Shown here in pieces: positions 43,103-64,000 of a stretch of DNA of 64,000 bases (position 1 is its first letter; the number at the start of each line of letters is the position of its first letter). The position numbers and the translations under genes are program-made. Location: assembly GCF_046119375.1 (NCBI RefSeq), contig NW_027362767.1:424700001-424764000 (forward strand), written 5' to 3'. Source of the stretch: Phyllobates terribilis (taxonomy: Eukaryota). Under the pieces are notes generated by a model. The model saw only the letters and a list, made by a program, of their open reading frames with translations. It did not search any database and was not told the DNA's origin.

Positions 43103-45809
43103 TATACACTGGGGGAGAGGGGCCGGATGTTATACACTGGGAGAAAAGGTCCGGTGGTTATGAACCAGAGTAAATGGGGCTGTATGGTATACACTGGGGA
43201 CAATAGAGCCTGATTTTATATACCGGGGATGTGGGGGCGGATATTATATACTCTGGTCAATGGAACAGAATGTTATACACTGGGGTAATGGGCCCGGATA
43301 TTATACACTGGGGTAATGAGGCCGGATATTATACACTGGGGTAATGAGGCCGGATATTATACACTGGGGAAATGGGGCCGGATATTATACACTGGGGTAA
43401 TGGGGCCGGATATTATACACTGGGGAAATGGGGCCGGATATTATACACTGGGGCAATGGGGCCGGATATTATACACTGGGGCAATGGGGCCGGATATTAT
43501 ACACTGGGGTAATGGGGCCGGATATTATACACTGGGGTAATGGGGCCGGATATTATACACTGGGGTAATGGGGCCGGATATTATACACTTGGGCAATGGG
43601 GCCGCATATTATACACTGGGGCAATGGGGCCGGATATTATACACTGGGGCAATGGGGCCGGATATTATACACTGGGGCAATGGGACCGGATATTATACAC
43701 TGGGGCAATGGGGCCGGATATTATACACTGGGGCAATGGGGCCGGATATTATACACTGGGGCAATGGGGCCGGATATTATACACTGGGGCAATGGGGCCG
43801 GATATTATACACTGGGGCAATGGGGCCGGATATTATACACTGGGGCAATGGAGCCGGATATTATACACTGGGGCAATGGGGCCGGATATTATACACTGGG
43901 GCAATGGGGCCGGATATTATACACTGGGGCAATGGGGCCGGATATTATACACTGGGGTAATGGGGCCGGATATTATACACTGGGGCAATGGGGCCGGATA
44001 TTATACACTGGGGCAATGGGGCCGGATATTATACACTGGGGCAATGGGGCCAGATATTATACACTGGGGTAAAGGGGCCGGATATTATACACTGGGGCAA
44101 TGGGGCCGGATATTATACACTGGAGTAATGGGGCCGGATATTATACACTGGGGTAATGGGGCCGGATATTATACACTGGGGTAATGGGGCCGGATATTAT
44201 ACACTGGGGCAATGGGGCCGGATATTATACACTGGGGCAATGGGGCCGGATATTATACACTGGGGCAATGGGGCCGGATATTATACACTGGGGTAATGGG
44301 GCCGGATATTATACACTGGGGTAATGGGGCCGGATATTATACACTGGGGTAATGGGGCCGGATATTATACACTGGGGTAATGGGGCCGGATATTATACAC
44401 TGGGGCAATGGGGCCGGATATTATACACTGGGGCAATGGGGCCGGATATTATACACTGGGGCAATGGGGCCGGATATTATACACTGGGGCAATGGGGCCG
44501 GATATTATACACTGGGGCAATGGGGCCGGATATTATACACTGGGGCAATGGGGCCGGATATTATACACTGGGGCAATGGGGCCGGATATTATACACTGGG
44601 GTAATGGGGCCGGATATTATACACTGGGGCAATGGGGCCGGATATTATACACTGGGGTAATGGGGCCGGATATTATACACTGGGGCAATGGGGCCGGATA
44701 TTATACACTGGGGCAATGGGGCCGGATATTATACACTGGGGCAATGGGGCCGGATATTATACACTGGGGCAATGGGGCCGGATATTATACACTGGGGCAA
44801 TGGGGACGGATATTATACACTGGGGTAATGGGGACGGATATTATACACTGGGGTAATGGGGCCGGATATTATACACTGGGGTAATGGGGCCGGATATTAT
44901 ACACTGGGGTAATGGGGCCGGATATTATACACTGGGGCAATGGGGCCGGATATTATACACTTGGGTAATGGGGCCGGATATTATACACTGGGGCAATGGG
45001 GCCAGATATTATACACTGGGGTAATGGGGCCGGATATTATACTCTGGGGTAATGGGGCCAGATATTATACAATGGGGTAATGGGGCCGGATATTATACAC
45101 TGGGGCAATGGGGCCAGATATTATACACTAGGGTAATGGGGCCGGATATTATACACTGGGGTAATGGGGCCGGATATTATACACTGGGGGCAACAGGACT
45201 GAAGGAGAAACCAGAACTCAGTAAGACGCAGGTTACGTTTGTCGGTAGTGGATATAATCAGCGATGAGTGTACATGTTGCTTATAATAGCTGCCATGTAC
45301 ATGTCCTACATGATCAGGGCTGTATGTATGAGGGTAATCAGCGCGGTGTCTATATCTGCTGTCCTGTATGACACATGGCTGCTGTGTCTTATCTGGGCCG
45401 TTCTACTTGACATCTTGGGTAAGGGCAGCAGGATATTGCAGATATGTTCGATGTTACATGCAGTCTGTAATCTGTCCGCTTCCTACAGTCTAAAGCTCCA
45501 TTTACACCATTAAAGGGCTTCTCCACTACAACCTATGTATGACTGTACAGTGACAATAGGCTGATCACATGGTGTCTTGATGCAGAGATCCCATCATTTT
45601 TCTGCAGCGCCACCACAGGTGAAATTAATTATTGCACCCATCCTGCAGAAATCACTGTCTTAGTAGGACATACCTGTGCCGATCCTGCCATAACAACAAA
45701 TGTTCATGGATGATAGATGAGGGTCTACAACAAGGGACCCCTGCCTCTTTTATCTTGCCTAAAAACAACCGCTAGAGATATATAATTTTCTTAAATATGT
45801 AATTTTTAT

Positions 45810-46100
45810 TACCTGGTGTAAATGGCACTGTTCTCCTGAATCCGGCGATGTTTTTCTTTTCTTCCTGCGCCTCTTCATTCCTGAGACATGGCCTCTTCTT
45901 CCCTCCATATAAAGCTAACAAGTGGGTGTGGTCCTCATGAATATGACCACAGAGGGGCATTTTATGACCACACCCAGTTGGCTAACACGAACGGATATAC
46001 ATACAGGGAATAGGGGGCCATATCTCAGGAATAGAGGGGCGCAGGAGAAAAAGGAAAACATCGCCGGATTCAGGAGAACAGCGGCATTTAGATCGGTAAC
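45810..46100. mobile_element. Hairpin MITE-like inverted repeat
   Basis: tgttctcctgaatccggcgatgtttt...ctgagacatggcc versus ggccatatctcagg...aaaacatcgccggattcaggagaaca. Confidence 0.65.
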
Positions 46101-46990
46101 ATTACATAGTATTACAGGCGACCGGTCCGTATAACAACCCGTCTATAGGAGGCTCGTGATCACAGATCTCCTACCATTACTGTATTTTACATCTTATTGT
46201 GATATCGTTAGAAATGTCGCTCAATGCCTCGTCCTCTCCCGATACTCGTAGGATCATGCTGGGATAAATATAAAATCTGCTCCTTTAAATTCTCATCATT
46301 AGGATGTGAGGACTGTGCAGGCCGATGTATAACACACCGGGGGAGAGCGCGCGGAGGAATTAAGAAATGTTACCATGGCGATCAGGCCGGATGAATGAAG
46401 GCTTAGATTTTTACGTGACTCCATGATGTGGGGAAGCGTCTGAGATTAAACACATTAAGGGAGGTATAAAGGTGTGTCTGTACGGTGCCTTATTACCAGT
46501 CCTCAGCGCACATTTAATCATGAAGCAGGGGGATCGGGCTGAGCGCTCCTATATGTGCTATCCGCTGTCTATCCCCTACCGATCTGATGTGCTGAGGTAG
46601 TCAGTGGCCGGTATACCTTATTAGAGCGCAATAATACCCCTTAGTATTATTCAGCTGCTTATGGTAGTTTTATTTGGGGACGTGAGTAATATGTGGTATC
46701 TATATGGCAGTATTATATAGGATCAGCATTATTTGGCGGCATTACTTGCACTGCATATGGCAGCCTGAATCCTAAAAGTGTGGCTATGGCGGCACAGCAT
46801 CTTTATTGGACAGTGATAAGTTAGTACTATATGATGGTATTATACAAACTCTTTCGGGGAGTATTATTTTGGCACCATACGGCGGTATTACGTGGGCTAA
46901 ATACTGACAAAATCAGTACATGAAAGCGTGGCCTCAAATCTCACAGGACGGGGACTCAGACCAGCGACCTCTTTATCTTATTTCCTCAAG

Positions 46991-47042
46991 GCCTTCCAAG
47001 ATGGCGGCAGAACGAGGCTTTGGTTGGATGAGGTGCGGGCAG
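46991..47042 (+). CDS. Alternative candidate first coding exon of the CRAT-like gene (MAAERGFGWMRCGQ)
   Basis: AAGATGGCGGC (Kozak/YY1-like) with ATG at 47001, 14 codons, CAG/GTAATA donor in phase 0, preceded by a pyrimidine tract and AG. Confidence 0.3.
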
Positions 47043-47358
47043 GTAATAAGTAACCCGTGTGACATACACAGTGTGAACAAGGCTGAGTGTGAGCGATAAG
47101 GGTGTGCAAACATATTCAAGGACTCTTACACCACGGCGCGGGCGCACAACACATCATTAACACACACTTCCCACCGACCTACAGCGGGTCAACAGCTGCG
47201 TACAGACAGACCCGTCAGATATAGATATGGCTTCATGCCAGCCATGTTTACAAGGAGATGGGTGCCGGATTATCAGAGATTATGGATTATTAGACGGTCA
47301 TAGAAAAATAAGGATGTGTAGAGAAGTTATGTGTAAGTAAAAGTATGTAAAATAAGTA

Positions 47359-48827
47359 CAGTGGGGAAAAGAAGTATTTAATACACTGCCGATTTTGCAA
47401 GTTTTCCCACCTACAATGAATGGAGAGATCTGTAATTTTTATCGTAGGTCACTTCACCTGTGAGAGACCGAGTTTAAAAATAAAATCCTGAAAAATCACA
47501 TTGTATGATTTTTACATAATTAATTTGCATTTTATTACATGAAATAAGTATTTGATACAATAGAAAAATAGAACTTAATATTTGGTACAGAAACCTTTGT
47601 TTGCAATTACAGAGGTCAGATATTTCCTGTAGTTCTTGACCAAGTTTGCACACAATAAAGCAGGGATTTTGGCCCACTCCTCCATACGGATCTTCTCCAA
47701 ATCTTTCAGGTTTCGGGGCTGTCGCTGGGCAATATTGAGTTTCAGCTCCCTCCAAAGATTTTCTATTGGTTTTAGGTCTGGAGACTGGCTAGACCACTCC
47801 AGGACCTCAAAATGCTTCTTACGGAGCCACTCCTTAGTTCCCCTGGCTCTGTGTTTCGGGTCATTGTCATGCTGGAAGACCCAACCACAACCCATCTTCA
47901 ATGTTCTTACTGAGGGAAGGAGGTTGTTAGCCAAAATCTTGCGATACATGACCTCATCCATCCTCCCTTCAATACGGTGCAGTTGTCCTGTCCCCTTTGC
48001 AGAAAAGCACCCCCAAAGTATGATGTTTCCCCCACCATGCTTCACCTTCTCCCATGCCTCTTCTGGATCATCCAGATGGTCATTGGCGAACTTCATACGG
48101 GCCTGGACATGTGCTGCAGTGAGCAGGAGGACCTTGCATGCCCAGCAGGATTTTAACCCATGATGACGTAGTGTGTTACTAAAGGTAATGTTTGAGACTG
48201 TGGTGCCAGCTCTCTTCAGGTCATTGACCAGGTCCTCCCGTGTAGTTCTGGGCTGATTCCTGACCTTTCTCAGAATCATCCTTACCCCAAGAGGCGAGAT
48301 CTTGCATGGAGCCCCAGACTGATGAAGATTGACAGTCCTCTTGTGTTTCTTCCATTTTCTAATAATTGTGCCTACAGTTGTCTTCTCATCTGGCTGCTTG
48401 CCTATTGTGCAGTAGCCCATCCCAGCCTTGTGCAGGTCTACAATTTTGTCCCTGGTGTCCTTAGGCACCTCTTGGTCTTGGCCATGGTGGAGAGGTTGGA
48501 GAGTGATTGAGTGTGTGGACAGGTAACAAGTTCAAACAGGTGCAATTAATACAGGTAATGAGTGCAGAGTAGGAAGGCTTCTTAAAGAAAAACTAACAGG
48601 CCAGAATTCGTGGTGGTTGGTAGGTGATCAAATACTTATTTCATGCAATAAAATGCAAATTAATTAACTATGTAAAAATCATACAATGTAATTTTCTGGA
48701 TTTTATGTTTAGATTCTGTCTCTCACAGGTGAAGTGACCTACAATAAAAATTATAGACCTCTCCATTCTGTGTAGGTGGGAAAACTTGCAAAATCGGCAG
48801 CGTATCAAACGCTTATTTTCCCCACTG
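47359..48827 (-). mobile_element. Tc1/mariner transposon with internally deleted transposase
   Basis: TIRs cagtggggaaaa...ttttccccactg. ORF 47575-48468 (297 aa) has the [12 protein letters not shown] and [11 protein letters not shown] motifs but jumps EEAWEKV|KHGGGNI, lacking the WSDETK segment. Confidence 0.93.
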
Positions 48828-49479
48828 TTTGTATAGAGGAGGGCAGCAATCCTGCTAGAGAAGATGCTAGGTCAGATGTCCTTGGTTTGGGTACAGGTGG
48901 TCTGAATTTGGGTGTGGATTTGCCAGGACACAGAGACAACTGTTGGGTCGTCACTTCAGTTGTCCTTCAGAGGAACATGGCGTTACGTGGGGTTTTCAAT
49001 AGAAAAAGAAGACGACAGTAAAGAAATAGAATTCATCCCAACTAATCACAACTGCAAACTCGCGGCACACAAAGCTTTTCCGTTTCAGACCACATTTTTC
49101 CTGGACTTAGCAGCCAAACCACAGCCAGGCCTGCCGGGTAACCAGGCCTAAATGCACAACTGCCCGAAGGGACCAGGATCCGTCTCAGCCCCGGCCCAAT
49201 ATCAGCCCCCCTAAATCTGAGCCACCACTGCTGGCCCGCTGCTTCAATTTCCACAGCTCAGCTCCAGAACCACTGCAGTGTGCCACCCTCCGAGAAGATG
49301 GCCAGGGATCCCCATACTGCTAGTCAAGGCCCAGTTAGCTCACCATTGGCTCCATGACAACCCCCACAGGCCAACTCAGTTACAGCAAGTGATCCTTCTT
49401 TCTTAAACCCATGTTACTTCCTCTAGCCTCCAGCCCCAGTGCCTCCAATCTCACTGCATCCACCCCCTGCCTCCAATCC

Positions 49480-50160
49480 CACTGAATCCGGTCCCCCTAC
49501 CTCCAGTCCCACTGCATCCAATCCCCCTGGGTCCAATCTCCATTTCCAATCCCTCTGCCATTAGTCCCTCTGTCTCAAGCCCCATGCCTCTAGTTCCTCT
49601 GCCTCCAATCTCACTGTTTCCACTCCCCCTGCATCCAGTCCCCTTGCCTCCAGTCCCCCTGCCTCCAGTCCCCTTGCCTCCAGTCTCCCTGCCTCCAGTC
49701 CCCTTGCCTCCAGCCCCCTTGCCTCCAGCCCCCCTTGCCTCCAGTCCCCTTGCCTCCAGTCCCCTTGCCTCCAGTCCCCTTGCCTCCAGCCCCCTTGCCT
49801 CCAGTCCCCCTGCCTCCAGTCCCCTTGCCTCCAGTCCCCTTGCCTCCAGCACTCTTGCCTCCAGTCCCCTTGCCTCCAGTCCCCCTGCCACCAGTCCCCT
49901 TACCTCCAGCCCCCTTGCCTCCAGCCCCCTTACCTCCAGCACCCTTGCCTCCAGCCCCCTTGCCTCCAACCCCCCTGCCTCCAGTCCCCTTACCTCCAGC
50001 CCCCTTGCCTCCAGCCCCCCTGCCTCCAGTCCCCTTACCTCCAGTCCCCTTACCTCCAGCCCCTTTGCCTCCAGCACCCTTGCCTTCAGCCCCCTTGCCT
50101 CCAGTCCCCTTGCCTCCAGCCCCCTTGCCTCCAGTCCCCGTGCCTCCAGTCCTCCTGCCT
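49480..50160. repeat. 15-bp C-rich minisatellite, ~45 copies
   Basis: Unit cccttgcctccag(t/c)c. Confidence 0.95.
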
Positions 50161-50173
50161 CTCTAACACGTAG

Positions 50174-50208
50174 CTTCTTTGATGAATAGGCTCACTATAC
50201 CTGTACAG
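50174..50208 (+). CDS. Candidate first coding micro-exon of the CRAT-like gene (MNRLTIPVQ)
   Basis: Acceptor ctctctaacacgtag at 50172-73, ATG at 50182, 9 codons, CAG/GTTGGC donor in phase 0, in frame with exon 54602. Human CRAT exon 1 also encodes 9 codons (recalled). Confidence 0.45.
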
Positions 50209-52015
50209 GTTGGCTGTCATCTACTAACACCTATTAAAAACGGCCCGCAGCCTCCAAAGATTGTCCAGACCTCCTTTTATTTGCTGTCATCTGCCCCTCT
50301 CTACACTGTTGTGGTGGAAGGTAACGGTGGCACCATGGACATCACTTATGTATCTCTTCCAGGACCCAGAGATGAGCAATGCGATACGCGCTGCCCTGGT
50401 CCGGCGTCCACTCATGTCCTCACACGCCATCATGACGCGCATCGTGCCAAGACAACATGACGTCTCAGGGTCTGGTGAGCAAAAAAGGCGCCCAGAGATC
50501 ACAGACCATCAGCAGCCACGGAGGACAGCGGATTTATCCACACAGTTTTCGTTATGTGGATTTTGGAGCAAATTCTGCTGCAAAATTCACATGAAAAAAC
50601 ACATTAAATACACTGTGAATAAGTTTAGTTTGCAATAATTTTCAATGGAAAAGCAAAAGTCAATTATTGAGGTATTTTGGTTTGGAATTTTTTTTTTAAT
50701 TTGGCTTCCGAATTGATTAAATTAGAAAAAGCCCAATATGCAAAAACAAAAAAAAATGTGATAAAAAAAGTTTTCTTTTCTCTTTGAAACATGGGTGTAT
50801 CTGCGCTGCTTTTTTCTGCTTCTATTAAATTAGTTGTCAAATTGGGAGCGTTTGTTTTAAGCAGAAATGCCTGAAGAATTAATATCTTGCTTCTTTTTCC
50901 GCTTTTTAAAAAAAAAAAAAAAAAAAACAACCCATTCCATTGCAACGAATGTGAAGCTTTTTTAAATAGTTTTTTTTTTTCATATGGATTTGGGGGCAGA
51001 ATCCGTTTCATTATATAGACGTGATACACCGTTATTACAGCAATATGTGGATTTGGCTGCACTATTTCCACTTCTGGAGCTCCGCACCCCCAAGGGTGTA
51101 TTCACGTGGAGTTTTTTCGAGTGGATTCTGTGTCAGTATACACAGAGGGAGCGGCACTGAACAAACAGGACAATGGGGAGGAATAAAAGTGAGTTTATAT
51201 AAAAGTTTTTAAACCTTGCAAAAACTGTCCTTTTGGCAGGCAATACTGCAACATAGTAACACTTTATACTGCAGCGGAAACATCCACAAAGACACATATT
51301 ATCTATATGGGCCACACATGGTGTGATCCTCAGCATCGTATGCAGAAATACTGCACAGTGCTGGCAATCAGGGCATGCTGGGAGTTGTAGTCACACAACA
51401 ACTATATGGACACCGGTCTCCACCCTATATGCACGAACACATATCCACTCATGAATGCTCCACCCTGCAGGAAGTGTGCTAGTGTCCCTCCCCCCCATAG
51501 CACTTAGGCCTGGCCCTCTCCCCACTCCTCCAGCCGCAGATTACCCCTAAGGGGTAGATTTCACTTTGTCCACAAGGGGAGGGGGGCAGCTATCCTGCAG
51601 GATGATCCGAGCCCTGATACACTGCACAGCCCCTCTTAGGGCTACGGTGAGATCTCAGCACAGTTTAACCCATTTTTAATTTTTTTGCAGAACATTGCAA
51701 GTTCCTGAGTTTGGGGATCTGCAGAGCTTCGTTCACACTCTGCCCAACAGCAGCGCTTTACTTTGCACGACTTTGCCATCTGCTGCTGTTTTTATTTATT
51801 TTTTTGTTTTGCAGAGCATTGCGACTACTTCTGCAAAGTTCGTTCAGACTCGTGCGGCTTTGCAGAGCGCTTGATTATCACATGTGAGGTTGTCATTATC
51901 AGACATGTTCAGGTGGGACAAACCTAAGTCAGCAAAGGGTTAATAGATCCCAGACTATTGACGTGCAATTTGGATCTGTCCAACCAGAACGTTGAGCGGC
52001 CCACTATAAACATTA

Positions 52016-52937
52016 GGGTATGTTCACATGGGAGTTTTTTTGTCGTGCATGTGGCTGAAAAATCCAAACAAAAAGTCTTTTTTTTTTTTTTTTACTCTGT
52101 TTTTGTGGATTTTTTTTTTTATAGCAGAAACAATCCAAGTTCTTACATGTTGCTTCTTGTTTTCCCACGTGGCAAAAAACACAGCACCAAGTTCCCTAAC
52201 TGCGTGCTTTCCCATTGAAATGATTCAGAACGGTTTATTCATAAAGTATTTTGAAGCAGTTTTCCATGTGAATTTTGGAGAAGAAAATACTCAAATCCAT
52301 GTAAAAAAAAAAAAACAATAAAGCTACGCTCAGCATTTTTTATTTTTTTTTAAATGCAAATTTTCAGCTGCGTTTTACAGTACCAGCAAAGTCTGAGATT
52401 TCGGAAATCTCATGCACACTTTCTTTTTTTTTTTTCCTGACTGTTTTTTCAAAGAGCTGTGTTTTTTTTTTTTGTTTTTTTTTTTCAAAATGCAGCATGT
52501 CACTACTTTCAACGTTTTTCACCCATTATGGGTAGTTCAAAAAAAAAATGCAGGTATCAGGTTTTGCTTTTTTGGTGCCAAAAACTGAGGAAGTTGAATC
52601 AGGTGTTTTTTTTTTTTTTTTTTTTTTTTTACCCACTAAACTTTCATCAGCATGCACAAGAAACAAATGTACCCTGACACAACTGCAGCAAAAACCTTTT
52701 TTGAGGTTGGAGGTTGCTTTTTTACTGCCAAGAGAGCAGGTTTTGCCTGCAGGAAAAAAACAACAAAACGCTGCAAAAACGCAACGTGTGAACATATCCT
52801 AAGGCTATGTTCCCACAATGAGTTTTTGGTGAGTTTTTTCTTTTACGCTGCATATTTTTGGAAAATAATACAAGTAACCTTTTACTTAATGGGTGCAGAA
52901 AATCTGCAATATCAAAAACTAATTGTGGGAACGTAGC
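52016..52937. mobile_element. Two adjacent PIF/Harbinger-type MITEs
   Basis: gggtatgttcaca...tgtgaacatatcc (52016-52799) with TTA/TAA flanks, followed directly by ggctatgttcccacaa...ttgtgggaacgtagc (52803-52937). Confidence 0.65.
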
Positions 52938-54601
52938 AGGGAATAAGCTTCCAAATCCATATAAAAAATTCCATGTTAACGTAGCGTTACCCTATGTTCA
53001 GGCAGAAGGTTGAAAATTTCAAACAGAAATACAGAAATCGCTTTAAGAAACTCTCCTTTCTCTTCCTGAAGCAGTTTTTAAACTAATATATATATATATA
53101 TATATAATTTATAATATATTTTTTTTTTTTGCAGTCTTTTTATTGGACAGTAAAGTTTTCCCAGAGAATTCAATTTGTGTTTTTCAAAGCCTCTTTAGGA
53201 GAAAAAAAAGCTAGAAAATTCATATATTGTTTTGTTTTGTTTCAGGAGGTTTTTGGAGCAGAAACTTTTTTTAAAAAAACATGAGCTGCTCAAAGAACAT
53301 GAGTTTTGATTGGAGAGCTGGGTTTGTGCATATAACGTCTTTTTCAGGTGGTTTCCGCTTGGGACTCGCCTGACAAAGCACCGTAAAAAATTAACATAAT
53401 GCACAGTAATGTAAAAATGACCATTCCTGTGCACATGGACAGTCTTCTGGTACTTTTCACGGAGGTTTCGAAAACTAGGAAGCGATTAAAAGAAGTACTG
53501 TGTTCAGTCATTGGCGGCTTCTGGTTGGATGACGCTCGCTATTTATGGTTAAAACTACAACAGAAAAAAAAATGGCAACCAAGATGCTTCAGGGAAAAAT
53601 ACTGCTGGGGTTTTCCTGAAGCGTCTTCACCTTGGAAAATACGCCGGGTACGCTGGTGTCTAAAAGGTGCCGTGTGCACATACACTTGGAGAGTTTCTAC
53701 TCCAAAAACTCCCACAGAAATGAATAACCAGAGATTTCCAAATGTTTTTAAGAGTGTGTGTGTGTGTGTTTTTTGTTTTGTTTTTTTTTAATAGGATTTT
53801 GGAGAAGCTCGCCCAAAAAAAAACAAAACCTCGTATGACTATAGCCTTGGGGTATGTTCACACAGTTTTCAGATTAATTTTGAAGTGGAATTTGAGGCAG
53901 ATCTATTTTACAAGCCACAAAAAAACCTCTGTGTGAGCATACGCTTAGATCTGTGGAAGACTGAGTGATTCCCTTGTAGGAATGTAATGTGTACTATAGG
54001 GAAACTCCACTGAAAACTGTCATATATTGGTGACTCCTTCAGATTAGTCAGTTATAAGTGGTGATCTATAAATGTACTAAGGTCAGGCGGCCGGCTGGCT
54101 AGCGATTCACATATTGCCTAACCCCTCCGTTTTATTGTTGGAGATGGTCCCAATCCCAGCCCCCGTATCTACACCATTAGGAGACACAGAGCTGCAGCAG
54201 GGACAGTAGAGTGGATTTGGAAGGTGAGGAGTTGACCATGGCAACCAATCAGAATCCTACTTTAATTTTCAAAATGACTTCTGAAAAATGAGAGCTGGAA
54301 TCTGACTGGTTGCTAAGGGCAACTACCTCAATGTTTCCTTGCCGTAGGTCTGTGATCTCGCTCGGTCATGAGCATGCCTCACGTACCTGTTCTCTTCGGC
54401 TTCTCTACTAATATTATTTCTGTTTTGGCCCTAAAGCAAACTGTTAGATACATCAAAAAATGGAACGGCCTAGCATTTTTAGGCCATATCTAATGGGGAC
54501 CTAAGGTTCCAATATGGAAAAGCCTGCAGGCTTATGTGAGGGCTTTTTATAAAACTATGCATCGTATTTGTGACTGATCTTCTCTCTCTTCCCTTCCCTA
54601 G

Positions 54602-62037
<7,436 letters not shown>

Positions 62038-64000
62038 GTGAGACTTCCCGGCATGGCTGCTTCCCTTGGATCACTGATGGTGTCACCGCCTCCTGTTCTC
62101 TAATTTCTCTCTGTTTCATGAAACGCATCGGACACAGCTGTGAAAAATCGCAAAGTTCACATTGTCGTGTTATACCAGTGACTACCAGTAGGTGGAGCCA
62201 GTCTGTTTTGGTTTCTTGTTTCAGCATGGCCTGTTCTTAGTGATTACGAGTGCGGCTGACGGGCTGCATGGCGGATGAGGAAATCGCTTACATAGCTGTT
62301 CCCGAATGCTCATCACCAATGTGAGAGTGATCGGGGCACTGTTATGGGGAAATCCAGACAAAGTGATCTCCTGGTGTCACACCGGTTTATTGTCGGGTCC
62401 CTTTTTAGCAATGAACATCACAATATATGAAACTACTTGTAGCATCTAGTACCATAGATTACACCAGTCGCTCTGTCGGGTATGGGAGTATGGTGCGGGC
62501 TCAAGAGCTGAGCCTGCATCATACAGGTGCTGGCAGTATTATACAGCCGGCACCCGCCTCTAACAGCAGGCCTCCATAACGAGCTTCAATCTCTGCTGAT
62601 TAACCACTTAAATGCCGCTTTTAATCTCTGATCCCAAACTTCACAGCTCGTCATCTGTTTTACATTCTGCAATACTAAGGTATGGCGGTATATAGAGCAA
62701 ATGATCAAAGTGTCGCACAACTGGCCAAAAAAAATAATGGAAAGGTTTGACTCGCTCCCTTTTCTCAGTTCAAAAATAGACCTATTTGGGATCGTCGTGT
62801 CCATTAAAATCCAATCTATGAAAATCATGAAACTTCACCCCGTATCCGGTAAGGGAGAAAACAAAAATTGAAATTTTAACATCCGCTCGGTGCACAAAAA
62901 ATAAAGTCCTTGCACAGCGGTATCTGTGGAAAAAAATATATATTTACTTTTTTTGTTAATTTATATATATTTTTTTTTATTACATTAAAAGGTTCCGGGG
63001 ATCAGAAAATGAAAAAAATAATGTATGTGCTGTATATCATTTTCTGATATATAATAATATTATATTAAAAATCAGAATGTTCTGGCTTTTGCAAGGCGAG
63101 AATGAATCAACGAAAGAGAAAAAATAAGCATAAGTAAGCTTAAAAAATACATTTTAATTAAATTAAAAAAAAAAATAAAAAAAAAGCAAAATACTACATC
63201 TCCGAGGGGTTAAGGTCTCAGATCTCTTCCGACTCCTCCTATTAATACGAAAATGATGTGACTGTGTGCCGGATTTTATGCGCCTCTTTGCCACCAGAAC
63301 GCCATCGTTTAGCAGGAGTTCACATACTTCTCATATTTCCGTAAGAGGACTCACTTTGGATGGAGTTCCCCTTTAGGTAAAGTCTTTTCTTCTTGTGCAT
63401 GGAGGTGAGCGGTGACCTTTCCTGCTCAGTGATGGTGGCATGATTTGTGAACCGTGGGATTTGCTTGGAGTTTTCGTCTTGTGCCCCCTAGTGGCGGCAT
63501 GCGTTGATCATGTGCATGATATACATATATACAGTGCTACAGCTGCTAATACACCGTACACGTATCTGTACATCTCATGTGACACCTGCTCCGGACGGAA
63601 GGCCTTATTGTTGTGTTTACTTCTGCTTTGTTACCGGTAGGACACAGTTTGCAGATTGAGGAACTGAAGATTTCTATATTGAGAAAATAATTCTTTGGCT
63701 ATAAAGTACAATGTGGTGTTTTTTAGTTTTTGTTTTTTCTCTTGCAAGCAGCTTTGCAAATAACTTTTCATTAAAAATCACCTACTGTTTTGCGACTACA
63801 GCTCCTACGCAAACCCAGGCGTCTCCATAGTAACAGGCTACGTGGTCATGTTGCAAAGGGGACCTGCTGGGTGGAGTGTGGTGCCCCTAGTGTACACTCT
63901 GCCCATCAGTTTTAGTACCTTAATTGGGTTTCCCTTCTCTGGGCTGCACCGAAAAACCAATGCAACATAGTTCTTACCTATGAGGCGAGGTCACTTAGTC

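Larger units (their letters stand above)
40325..45190. repeat. 28-bp minisatellite field interrupted by two solo LTRs
   Basis: Variant units ggatgttatacactgtgggcgaggggcc at 40325-40719 and 41788-42070. Homogeneous units ggatattatacactggggcaatggggcc at ~43103-45190 (~74 copies). Confidence 0.97.

Noticed and set aside
43316-45267. GPDIIHWGNGAGYYTLGQW repeat ORFs; array superficially CRISPR-like
   Set aside because: A pure 28-bp head-to-tail minisatellite with no unique spacers and no cas genes, in a vertebrate context.
49451-50189. Collagen-, LRR- or extensin-like ORFs (GLEAR, SSPLA, PPVPL repeats)
   Set aside because: Different frames of one 15-bp repeat.
54236-54325. X-box-like gttgaccatggcaac as a CRAT-like promoter element
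   Set aside because: It is part of a short inverted repeat (ggttgctaagggcaac) typical of a frog MITE, so not specific evidence of a promoter.

Overview
Eukaryotic (vertebrate) genomic DNA, most likely an anuran. The hyloid-frog-type minisatellites, T2/Kolobok and Harbinger MITEs and Tc1 elements point that way, but this is inference. Three spliced genes can be reconstructed by hand from GT-AG boundaries. (1) A minus-strand myomegalin (PDE4DIP short isoform)/CDK5RAP2-like gene: 9 coding exons, about 754 aa, with an N-terminal C4 zinc finger, an SKIP motif and coiled coils. (2) An intact PPT2 on the minus strand: 8 coding exons, 296 aa. (3) A plus-strand carnitine O-acetyltransferase-like gene with 11 internal exons visible, running off the right edge. 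It has open frames and CRAT-like exon sizes, but the catalytic His and several carnitine/CoA-binding residues are substituted, making it a candidate pseudoenzyme. The trio looks like an MHC class III paralogon block that keeps ohnologs lost in mammals (inference). The rest is introns and intergenic DNA packed with five Tc1 elements, a young 5'-truncated L2 LINE nested in one of them, two solo LTRs, hAT/T2/Harbinger non-autonomous elements and about 15 minisatellite arrays. Most long ORFs in the track are repeat artefacts. All homology and residue-number statements come from recalled family knowledge, not from searches.
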